A stretch of 45,074 nt of DNA from Azolla caroliniana (taxonomy: Eukaryota; Plantae; Polypodiophyta): the NCBI GenBank assembly GCA_043228905.1, contig JBHGNT010000251.1, positions 1 to 45,074 of the forward strand. The letters run 5' to 3'. Within the stretch, counting starts at the first letter, position 1, and each line of letters begins with the position of its first letter. The notes beneath the pieces are model-generated. The model was not told the DNA's origin. It did no database searches and saw only the letters and a list, made by a program, of their open reading frames with translations. A program made the position numbers and the translations under genes. Of this stretch, positions 33,656 to 45,074 are shown in pieces.

Positions 33656-36600
33656 TAACATGACCCACTCACATGAGCATTGAGGAGGTCAGTCCAATGT
33701 CCGGAAGGAGGCCCCTCCCTCCCTCAACCGACAATCGATCTCACCGTATCTATTCCCCGGCTCTTGTTACCAAGCACACGTTCACCTCGTCTACATCTTC
33801 ATGTCTGTGTCTGTGTCCGCCCCTCCTCTTGCATTCAAGCCTTAGTTAAGCATGCTTTGAATCCCATCCCATCCATCCCCAATCATGATTGTGTGCCCAA
33901 ACCCAAAGGAGTTCACATCCTTCAAGCAATCGATCACCTAGACATAGTAGCCCATGCGTGTTTGTCTTAGCCCACATTGCTTTCCATTCGACAACTGTCA
34001 AACATTCTTTCTGATGCCTTTAAATGTGCTATTTATCCTAATGGCATCTTCTATAGTGACACTATGTTTCTCACTGTTACACAATTCATGACTAAATACC
34101 TTTATTAGGAGGAGCCCATTTTAACCCTTGGTGAGATATTGTTGATGGCTTCTTCTATGTAAAGTTTGGATAAATGTGATGTTAAAAAGAGCCCTACAGT
34201 CATCTATTTTGTCATGTACTTTCCATTATCCACACCCAGGCTCAATTTGATTGAGTCCGTAACGTCTACCATTCCGCCATACCCCCTACTCTTGGGCCCC
34301 AAAAAGACCGAAACACAAAATAGATGATTTTTTTCTCCTATTCAAAGATAGATTCTCTGTATCCAAATTATCTAAGCGAGAAAAAAATAGAATAGCAGTT
34401 GGTGTTTATGATCCAAAGTTCCACTTTCTTCTCAATCTAAGTGTTGGTGGACATTCCGAAATTAGTTAGCATGGTGTGTGCACACACATGCATACGAATG
34501 CTTGTTGTCATTTGATTGTGTATCAATACGTTTCTACGTTTGCATGCGTTCAATATCAACTAGTGATCCTAACTATTATGTGAATTTGTGAGGTTGCTAT
34601 TCACAAGGAATACATCTTATGTTGGAAGGGCTTCAAACACTAGGTCGACTTGCTTGAAAGAAGGGCAACACGTTGGCAAGACATGCAATGACTTCACGAG
34701 GAAACTGGGCATGAAAATTATATTTCGGGTCAAAATCCTTCACCCAAAAGCCATTGACAAATGTTAGCGTGTTACAAGTGTATTAATGTGAAATTACTTT
34801 TTTTGAATAAGGTGACAATCGAAAATAGATAAAAAAAAACGAAAGCAATGCCCATATTTACTCCCCCACTCTTTTTAGAGTACTACCAAGAAGGACAATA
34901 TTGATTAATGGCATAAGTTTTGTACAAGCTTCCAAGTTCCAAAGCTTGTTAGTGGAAACTCGATGGTGACAAGAATGCTTCCTTGTGTACTTCAAATGTT
35001 TTGGGATTCTTAAGTCCCTCATGTTTTAGTTGTGGTGCAATCTTCTCAATTTGAAATAACTAGCTCTAATTAATTGTCAATAGCAATTGCATGGAACTTG
35101 TGATCACTAGTTATTACACCACGTACTTAAACTACTTCTACCAACCATTGGTGGATAATATTTTATGAAATATCTCTTCTTTTGGTATTACAAGACTCAA
35201 GTTATCAATGTTTCAATAGTGTATTCTATATTTCATTATTATAAAATGAATGTAAGTGAAAAGAGCTAGAATGAACATTGCAGATTGAACAATAAGGAAT
35301 GGGGATTCCAAAAACAAATGAAACGGGGAAAGGTAATGCCGATGATAGGGAAACATGATGCAACCAATAAACGAGACAATCGTAGAGATGACATATTGGT
35401 TGTCCACCAATGTACATGTATGCACACAAAATGCAAATGAATAGTACTAATGGGAATGTTAACCTACTTCTATGCTTGAAATTCATTTATGCCAACTAGA
35501 CCTAAAAGGAATTTGCTTTTAAATTAGAGAGATGTTTCGTACGAAACATTAGGTGTACGGCGTAAACATATCATATATTTCTATAAAACCTTGATTTTTA
35601 AGATGATTATTTAACAAGTTGTGTTATTTTCATGCCTTTAAGTTATGGAATGTGGAGTTGTTAAATGATTTATTGTAGGAACACATTTTTAGTGGATATT
35701 GATCTCAAAGTGAACATGTGAATAATTTTATAACGAATACAATTTTGTGCTCATTGTTCGAGAGAGAAAGCAAAATGTTAATGTTGGAAATCAGACACAC
35801 CACACCATGTTTATATATTCAAGTTTAAGATTTATTCCTTTTGGCCTGAGAAAAAATTGCTTCCCATTACTTAAGTGACTTGCATATACATATTGGGCTA
35901 TTTACACTCTAAGTATCTATAGATACTCTACTATTTATCGGTCGTTGTCATATATATTTGGCTATTGTTGTGTGAGACTTTATATCAAAAAAGGAGGGGT
36001 AATCGATGTCCACAATGCACATAACAGCAAACATCTGCTTGACAAAACTTGTTATTTTTCAACAAGCATCAAGCCACAACTAGCAAACTTCTGAATGCAA
36101 CTAGACATTGATTTCACCGAAAGCAATATGGGTGATTTGTTGGCCAAGGGGAATTTAAGAATTTTTTAAAGGTAGGTTTTGGGCAATAACTTGTTAAAAC
36201 AACTTTTGGGGGGGTTATGAAGACATTGATAGTTTGGGCATTCAATCGTGGCACATTGTGCACGTGTAATTACACATGTACACGGATGTGAAAGATCAAT
36301 ACATGATCTTGAATCCCAGTACTTGTCTAGCATGACCATCAGGGGGGGGGATGATTGGGACAAATCAAGTGTCATGCTATAATGCATACACATGGGTGTA
36401 GTTTCCATATTGATGGCATGCTTACCATCTACAGACTCATAGATTATGTATAAGGGCACTATTTTCACATCATGCTTTCGCACATGAGGGCTTATTTAAT
36501 GGTAGAAACCAATGACTTAGTTTATTTTTATTCTCAAACTTTTCAATGTGAAATACTATAGTCTAATGCTTAGTTAAGCTTGCTAACAATGCAAATATGG

Positions 36601-38497
36601 CAAGTTCGACTTTACACTTGACAACGAAAGCATTTTATTTCCCATTGATCAAATCAATGAGCATTTATTAATTGTAATTAACTTGCCCTTTTTATTTTTC
36701 AATTCATAGCAATGGTGTTGGCATCAATTTGCCATTGAAGGGAAAACATTTGTTGTGCTTGTCTCTCAACTTGCATTTTCACTTTTTTCTACATGAATCA
36801 TAGCATTTCCATTAAAAAGAAGGAAACAAAGAATGGTATCGATCTCACCGAAATATAACATATACCATATCCATATCCAGGTTTGTGTTGGCTATAATAA
36901 TCCCCAATGTGTTGTGCATACATATACAATTTAAGGCATTAAATGAACCCTGAAAAGCTCTTACACATAGAGAGGACATGAGGGAATATTGTCCCAATGT
37001 TCGAGATGTTGGTTTAAAATTTTGAGGTAAATATAGAGCGCATTAATCATTTTAGGTAGATGGGCTTCGTTAGTAAGTGTCAACTTGCAATTTATTTTTA
37101 AGAAGTTTTCTTTGCATACAACTTGCATTTGATAAAGAATATTAGACAATAGTATGCAAAAGTTGTGGAAGAAGTTATGCATGACATGCTTACTAATCAA
37201 TATTGGTACATATTGCTCACAATTGCTAATGATTCATTTATAGATTGTCTTCCATGAAACACAAGGCTATGGAGGAGAGGGCATGTTAGACGACATCGTC
37301 AATCAACACTTTAGATGGAGTATATTTTGTGATTGTGGAGTGATAGTTTTTTCTTTTCTTTTTTATTAGAAATATATCTTCATTGAACAGAGCGCCTCAT
37401 TGCTTCTCACCACAACCTAGGTGGTCATGGTTCAACCCTTACACATACCAATATTGTCTAGTGAAATAGGCCACTTTTGAAACTGAAAACAAATAGGTTT
37501 TCCATGGAGAAGAGACAATAGATTGAGGGAGAAACATCCATTGGTAATGTTAGTATACGTATGTACACCCAAACAAATATGAATAATTGTTTGTTAGATT
37601 GTATTTTGTAATTACATCATGAGCAATCTCATTGTTTATCGTAGATCCCATAAACCAATGTGAAGATAATTTATTACTTCACTTGATTACAATTGCGAGA
37701 ATTACTTTTAGAGGAAAAGTGCATGGCTAGAGACATGTGGACTTTTTGGCTTGTTCCCATGTCTCTTCCCTATATGATGTACAAGAGAAATGTTAGTGCT
37801 TTTATGGACAATAGAACAAAGTGCTAGTTACATAATGAAACTTTTCTTCCCAACCTAGGATGCTCTTACCTCACATATGTTTCTTTGACAAAGTCTCATG
37901 TGAATCTTCAGACAAAACAATATACTAGTGTCCATGCAATGCATTTTCAATTGAGTGAAGATTGTCCCAACTAATAAATGTTTATATCATGGTAGAAGAT
38001 TTACTATTGTCAAATAAACATCACACGTCCAAGGTTTTCTATCTAGTCTTCAACCATGAACATTATTTTTAAAAACTTGTATGCACTTTAACACACCATT
38101 AAAAGCAACTTCTAAGGTCACAAATGGGACCAACATATATTGTGAATCGTGATGTTGCACCATACAAATTTAGTGAAACCACTTTTTTTTGTCACATGCC
38201 CCCTACAACTCATGAAACTAATGTATTATACATATCAAATGTTAACCAACATTAAATACATATTTATGATATAAATATATAAACATGAATATTTTACTTA
38301 ATAAACGTCAATAATCTTGTAAATTGGACATCAATTTACATTTTTTGCCCTAGATGTATGTGTGCCAACTTCCAAGTTGTTTGTAATAATGCAAAGATCC
38401 AATCGACATTATACCCTTACATCACCATATAGCAAATCTATCATTAAAACCAACAAAATTGCCAAATAATTGAACATTTGAATTAAAAAGTGACAAA

Positions 38498-38675
38498 TGT
38501 TATGAACTCATGCATGTAATGAGTCATGTTATATCTATATGAGTCTTAAGCTTTAGGTAACAAGACTTCATAATGTAAATAGTATGCATGCATCCCATCA
38601 TCTGGTGGGTCATAAACTCATGTATCTTAATCATTTTGGGAATATATATAGAAGAGCATAGCATATGAGATCTAT
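38498..38675 (+). repeat. 5' LTR of copia D, 3'-truncated (deletion removes LTR end, PBS and most of gag)
   Basis: Aligns with 44098-44277, then homology stops abruptly; no PBS follows. Confidence 0.88.
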
Positions 38676-39542
38676 CTCCAAATTTTAATCTTTCCGAACA
38701 ATATTGAATTCGTGATTTTAAAACCTATGTTGAACTTTTATCTGCACTTCTTGTCGCTGAGCAACACCACCAAGTTCTCCTCAAGAATGACAAACTTCAT
38801 CCTAGTTAGTCAACCTGCGACTCCTCTACAATTCAAGGATTTGACGCATGTCGAGAGTAATTATTCTAGACAACAACATCGTCATCAACACCCATATGCA
38901 CAGAGTCGAGGAGGAGGAAGAGCAGGAAGAAATCAACAAAGGAATCAACATCCCACAAGTAATCAAGTCAAGCTAATGCACCATCAATCAAAGTCAAGTC
39001 GAGATAAGCCTTCATCAAATTCATATCTTCGATGTGGTTTACGAGGGGCCACTGGGCAAATACTTGTTGAACTTCTAAGTTTCATGTTGATCTTTACTAG
39101 AAGTATGGCAAGCAAGGTCAAGATAGGAAAATGGAGGCTAATATGGTAGCAGAAACATCAATGATCTCACCATCAATTCCAATCTTGGAATATAGTTTTA
39201 TGGATCAACCTTTGGAATTTGAGCCCGAAGCTAACATGATTGAAGCCCATGTGATTGATTTGCATACAATCTGTTTTCTTTGTCTTATTGATTGCGCCTC
39301 AACATACTATTCTATGCAATAAAGAATTCTTTAATCATATTAAAGATCAAGCCCCTTTCGACATCAAGACTATAGTTGGTTCTTGTATTGGACAAGGAAG
39401 AGGCCCTGCCACTATCCAATTTCCAAGTGGCAATTTCTTGGAAATCCATGATGTTATCTATGGACCTACCTTGCCAAGAAATCTTCTTGCATTTGCATAT
39501 GTGCGACGCAATGGATACCACCTCATGACATGGGAACAAGAT

Positions 39543-40104
39543 TAACAATCGGCAATGGTTCGGTTCGGTTTGAGAGGGTCCAAACCGAACCGGTTTGGAA
39601 CTGAACCGTTTAAATTTTTTGAAACCTGAACCAAACCGAACCAAACCGCGAAACCGAACGGTTAAACATTTTTCAAACTGTTAAACCATTAAACCGTGGT
39701 TTCGTGGTTCGGTTTCGGTTTTCAACATAGGTCAAAATTTTAATTTTTAATTTTTAATTTTTTTAAAATTATAATATTTCATTATTTAGAATTTTTAGAA
39801 TTTTTAGATGTTCCTAAAATGTGAGAATAAGGTGTAAAAATGATATTGATTGTTAAAAAATCATTTTAATTTTTTTTTAGAATTTTTAGAATTTGTTTTT
39901 TTAAAAAATAAAAATAAAAATAAATAGAAGCCGTTAAACTGTTAAACCGTTTAAACCGTGATTTTTTACTGTTGAAACCGAACCGAAACTGAACCGAACC
40001 GTTTAAAAAAACCTAAACCTGAACCGAACCATTGAAACTGTTAAGCTGTTAAACCACGGTTTCGCGGTTCGGTTCGGTTCAAACCGAACCGTTGCCGATT
40101 GTTA
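39543..40104. mobile_element. hAT-type MITE (562 bp) inserted in copia D
   Basis: TIR TAACAATCGGCAA(T/C)GGTTCGGTT; perfect 8-bp TSD AACAAGAT (39535-39542, 40105-40112); subterminal AACCG/CGGTT arrays; AT-rich core. Confidence 0.95.
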
Positions 40105-40735
40105 AACAAGATGGTAAAGAGACAATGTGAATTGTCAAGCACTTGTCAATCACTACCCAAGTTATTGATGAGTTAGAAGTATTACCAAATCAATTGTATT
40201 GTTTCAACATTAAATCCCCAGAGATCCGCATGGCTTCATTTGCCCACCACTCCAATATTTCCTCGAAAGTCAATACATATATAATGGATCTCTGGCATGA
40301 TAGACTAGGTCATCCTGGCACCCTCCTTCTGGACCATTTTATTACTTCATGGGAGTCAAAGATGCTTCATTGTGTTTTTCTCATGTCACACTTCTTTCTA
40401 CTTGCAACATGGTGTTGCCTTGACTCCTCTCCTTATCATCAAGTTGCATGCTCAATTCCCAGATTTTCCAATTAAGTTAATTCGGATGGACAACGCTGTC
40501 GAGTTTATGTCAACAACCTTTATTCGCTATTGCGAATCTATCGGTATTAATTTTGAAGTTTCAACTCCTCATGTTCACACTAAAAAATGGTATGGTTGAA
40601 TCTTTGATTAAACAAATCCAAGTAATTGTGCGGTTGATTCTTCCCAAATCGAATTTGCCTAGTTCAACACGGGGACATGCAGTACTTCATGCAACGCAAC
40701 TTCTCTTATTACAGTCATCATCATATCATGTTTAC

Positions 40736-41203
40736 TATTGAGAATCAAGCTCAACGTACTCTAGTGTGTGAACACACATTTTGAGAATCTATGATCACTC
40801 AAAGGTCAAGAGTCACACCACTACCCTCTACACATTAACTATGTGTCATAGAATCATATTCTATGACACATAACTAATGAGTTCCATATTCCCCATGATT
40901 ATGAGTCTTCACATTCCCCAAGAGAGAGTAGTTGTAGTGAGTTAATGAAGAGAGAGGGTGACCTTATATAAAACACCTTTCTCTTACTTCATACTAAGTC
41001 GGTTGGGACTCCTTGTAATGCTACATTTTTGTATCTCTTACTTTACTTGTGAATATACATCTTCTTCTTGAGTACTTCATTATGTTCCCATTCTATCTAA
41101 TCTATCTTGTGTTTCTCTTCTTTTCTCTCTTTCCTGAGTCCTCTCACACATAAAATAACACACATCTCTTCTGCTACACAAGAATCATACACGATTCTTT
41201 ACA
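40736..41203 (+). mobile_element. Solo LTR (468 bp), same family as 3306-3678, inserted in the integrase region of copia D
   Basis: T(A)TTGAGAATCAAGCTCAAC...GATTCTTTACA; TSD TTTAC (40731-40735, 41204-41208); shares ACTATGTGTCATAGAATCATATTCTATGACACATAAC-type core. Confidence 0.92.
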
Positions 41204-43636
41204 TTTACTCTCCCCATCAACTCATGATAGGTTTTCCACCCTCTATTTCTCATTTACGAGTATTTGTGTGTGTAGTTTATGTTCCTATTTCTTCACATTA
41301 CCGTAGGAAACTTGGTCCTTAACGTTGTCTTGGAATTTATGTGGGTTTCAACTCTCCTTCAATCATTCATTATCTCGAACCTACACCTGGCGATTTATTT
41401 ACAACTAGCTTTGTCGATTGCCAGTTTGATGAAACAACTTTCCCGATTTTAGGGGAAGATAACTGGAAAAGAGAAACATTAGGAAAGATTGATCAAATTG
41501 TAATGTTTAATTAGCTCAAGGATAAACCAATACCACCGGATCCTTATACTAGAGAGGAGGAGAAAGAATTTCAACAAAGATTACATCTACAAAATATTGC
41601 CAACAATGCACCAGATGCTTTTGTTAACACTTTCAATATGAAGGTCTCTAACATTAATCCTGCTATGAATGTGCCAACTCGAATTTCGGTACTGAATCCA
41701 CGGGCGAAAATGAGCTCAAGATGTTCTTTTTTGTTTTCAAACAAAGAAAAAAATATTTCGATTGGCGAATCACCGACACATGTCGTAGAATCTCAAAGGA
41801 AGCGTGGACGACCTATTGGAGCAAAAGATAAACAATTAAGAAAGTGAAAACCAACAACTGAGGCTAAAATTGAAGTTCCTATAGTATCAAATAAGACAAT
41901 TAGTGAAGAGTCTCTGATTGCTAATTATGCTAATTCTAAGTTAATAACATGACAAGAGGTTAATGATATCTTCATTTTCTATGTCGCAACAGCTTTCATG
42001 AATGAATTAGATCCTCAAACTATTCAAGAAGCAAAAGCATCTCTTTTTTTGGGATAAGTGGAAAGAAGCTATTCTAGTTGAGCTAAATAGTCTTCTCAAA
42101 CGAGGAGTTTTTGGTAAAATTCAAGAGACCCCTATTTGCCTATTGGTCATACACTTATTGGCTATCATTGGGTTTTTGTGCGGAAGCGTAATGATAAAGG
42201 AAGTTATTCGTTATAAGGCAAGGTTTGTTGCTCAAGGTTTCATGCAACGATTTGGTATTTGATTATACTGATACATATTCTCCGGTTATGGATGCAACGA
42301 GTTTCTACTGATTCATTTTACTGTTCAACGAAGTCTTCATACGCGTCTCATGGATGTGGTTACAACTTATCTTTATGGTGATTTGGATAAAGATATAGCA
42401 TGAAGAACTTTGCAAATCTATGGAGCTTGGAAAATTTCACAATCCATCGATCAAGTTATGTAAGTCACTTTATGGACTTAAAGAAGCCAATTGTATGTGG
42501 TATCAACATCTCTCTCAATATCTTCTTTCTCATGGATTTAAGAATGATGATATTTGTCCTTGCATATTTATCAAGCATCATCTCAGAGAATTTGTCATCG
42601 TCGCTATTTATGTTGATGATTTCAATATGATTGGAACATCCAATGCTATTGAATATGTTGTTGCTCTGCTTAGCCACCAATTTGAAATGAAAGACCTCGG
42701 TTTAACTACATTCTGCTTGGGTCTTCAGATCAAGCACCTATCTAATGGAATTCTTCTTCATTAGAGCTCTTATATCCATGGAATATTAAAACGGTTTTCT
42801 ATAGATCAACCTCATTCTATTAGAACTTCTATGGTAGTGCGCTCTCTGGATCCTTCTCGTGACCCATTTCGGCCAAGATCTTCTAATGACTCAGCATTGG
42901 GACCACTGTATCCTTACATGGCTAATGTTGGTGCACTTATGTACTTAGCTAATTGTACGCGTCCAAACATTTTGTTCGTTGTCAATTTGTTGGCTCGGTA
43001 TAGTCACGATCCTATCAGGCTACACTTGACTGGAATTAAGCAAATATTCCGATATTTACCAGGCACTGAAGATATGCGTCTTTTCTTTACCAGTGGTTCT
43101 ATGCACGGTCAATTGACAGGTTAGTCTTAACGATGGGTTCTTATCTGACCCTCATGTTGGCAGATCACAAACAGGTTATGTTTTCCTTATTGTTGGCACA
43201 ACGATCTCTTGGTGATAGACAAAGCAAACATTGGCTGCAACATCTTCAAAACATGTTGAGATTTTGGCATTACATGAAAAACCGAGAATGCCTATGGTTA
43301 CAACGCTTAATCGGGCATATTGAAAGTTCTTGCAGTTTTATCAGCCCCTCATTACCGATTGTTATCCATGAAGATAAGTATGCTTGCATTAGTCAACTCA
43401 AGAAGGGCTTCATTAAAGATGATCGAATCAAACATATTTCTCCCAAGTTTTTCTTTACTCGTGAGCTCAATGATAATTATATCAATATTCAACCTATTAC
43501 ATCAAGGAAGAACTTGGCAGATAGTTTTACCAAAAGCTTACTTGCATCAAAACATTGGCAAAACATTCCTTCTCTTGCACTCAGAAGATTATCAGAGTTG
43601 ATGAGCTAAAACAATGATGATGAGATGAGGGGGAGT

Positions 43637-44093
43637 TGTTAGAGACATAGACTAAGGTAAGCATGAGATAAGGATAGAAAATAGATAAATAGATAGAAAG
43701 GAGAGAGAGAAAGAAGGGTGCCGATCCACCCGACCACCTCCGAGCGAAGGGATCAAGACGAACTCAAGCCTTGATCGGCGTCCCATACCACCGCCGTGGC
43801 GTCGAGTCGTACTTGGTGCTGGTGCGCTCGCTACAAGAGTTGACCCACCACAAGACAGAGTCTCGACGTAGTCAACAAGATGATCAAATGAGGGTAGCTA
43901 GGCCTCTTATTTATAACGATACCCAAGGCCCCCAGGCAAGTTCACACTTGGCCTAATGGGTTGTCTCAATCCTGAGGATTAAAAGTAATCCTCCCCTTCT
44001 TTACACTCTCGTTTAACCCTCACACTTATCCACATGTATAGAATACTATGGTAAATTCTCACCACGGGATCTTTGATGGTCATGCCCGTAATA
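43637..44093 (-). mobile_element. Solo LTR of an unrelated family (457 bp), inserted at the PPT/3'-LTR junction of copia D
   Basis: TSD GGAGT (43632-43636, 44094-44098); termini TGTTAG...GTAATA (CA decayed to TA); minus-strand TATAAATAAGAGGCC at ~43901-43915. Confidence 0.82.
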
Positions 44094-44097
44094 GGAG

Positions 44098-44362
44098 TGT
44101 TATGAATTCATGCATGTAATGAGTCATGTCATATCTATCTGAGTCTTAAGCTTTAGTTAACAAGACTTCATGATGTAAATAGTATGCATGCATCCCATCA
44201 TCTGGTGGGTCATAAATTCATGTATCTGAATCATTTTGGGAATATATATATATAAGAGCATAGCCTATGAGTTCTATATAGAGATTATATTGATATGTGA
44301 CTAGTGATCTGGGTTAATATCTAATTGCTCTTTGATCTTGCTTAATAGTCTATTCTATAACA
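44098..44362 (+). repeat. 3' LTR of copia D (265 bp)
   Basis: TGTTATGAA...CTATAACA followed by TSD ACAAA. Confidence 0.92.
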
Positions 44363-45074
44363 ACAAATTTGTTCAATATGAGATAGTGTACAATGACATT
44401 TTTTGGGACACAATCAAAGGGTGATGATACAATGTAAATGTAACATGTTCACCAAAGTCATATGTCTAAACACTTTGAAAAAATACTATTCTTAATACGT
44501 TGCACAAGTTGACATTTTCTGTGAGGCAAGTTGATGTAGATAAATACAATGTAAACAAAATGTATTTGAGAGGGTAAAAGGATGAGAATGTAAATGTGAA
44601 TGTAAATAAAATGTGATTGAGAGAAAAAAAGGGGGAGAGTGACCAATGCATTGTACCAAATAAAGAAAAGAAAAGATTGTTCAAAATTTGCCTTCCTCCA
44701 TGGACATGCCTACATTAGTGGAAGACGATAGATCATATTATAATCTTACCTTAGGCCTGGATTTGAAACCCATCTATTTCACTAGGGGGACCTCTAATAT
44801 GTAAGGGTTGAATATATGCTCTTGTGTCCTCTAATGTTCATCTCTCTCTCTCAAATGCTTTCAAGTGATGCTATAAAAGATGTAGTTATTGAGGAAAGAT
44901 TAATGGAGTAGACCTTTCAAGTGATGCCATGAAATATATAGTTATTGTGGGAAGATTAATGAAACCAGTGAGGAAGAAGTGGAAGATGTTAAAAGAACAA
45001 AATTGGGATGTCACATTGCAAACATCAATCTTGAATGTTGGGTTCTATACAAAGCAAGAAGGCTTGTTGATCTT

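Larger units (their letters stand above)
38498..44362 (+). mobile_element. Degenerate Ty1/copia 'D', Bianca-lineage-like, with two LTRs and three nested insertions
   Basis: TSD ACAAA (38493-38497, 44363-44367); WHDRLGHPG, IRMDNA, LCKSLYGLK, IYVDD, MVVRSLD...DPFRP, KHISPKFFFTREL (Bianca-type motifs); PPT GAGGGGGAG at ~43627-43635. Confidence 0.92.

Noticed and set aside
33720-34000. Auxin-response elements upstream of the FORKED-like gene (CCGACA at ~33728)
   Set aside because: An isolated hexamer without a properly spaced partner is expected by chance.
36166-36483. 105-aa minus-strand ORF flanked by G runs
   Set aside because: No recognisable motif; it may be an old TE remnant but I cannot support that.

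Overview
Eukaryotic land-plant genomic DNA; a fern or other non-seed vascular plant is my inference from the TE families and gene content. There are two intact, convergent host genes: a 6-exon HRD3/SEL1L ERAD gene (+, 15705-26001, about 700 aa) and a 7-exon FORKED-like/VAN3-binding auxin-canalisation PH-domain gene (-, 29134-32964, about 491 aa). Around them lie a multi-layer Ty1/copia nest (1-9810), an intron-containing glutamate decarboxylase fragment (11005-11452), a 5'-truncated RTE-X-like LINE inserted into a UPRE-like motif cluster upstream of HRD3, a degenerate copia and hAT MITEs in HRD3 introns, and a Bianca-type copia (38498-44362) carrying three secondary insertions. No rRNA, tRNA or CRISPR is visible. 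I cannot demonstrate a new biological system. The best leads are the LINE-split ER-stress promoter, a duplicated HRD3 splice acceptor that creates a premature-stop isoform, a GAD fragment with a telomere-repeat breakpoint, and strong CCGAC enrichment in the youngest copia. All coordinates and counts were read by eye.
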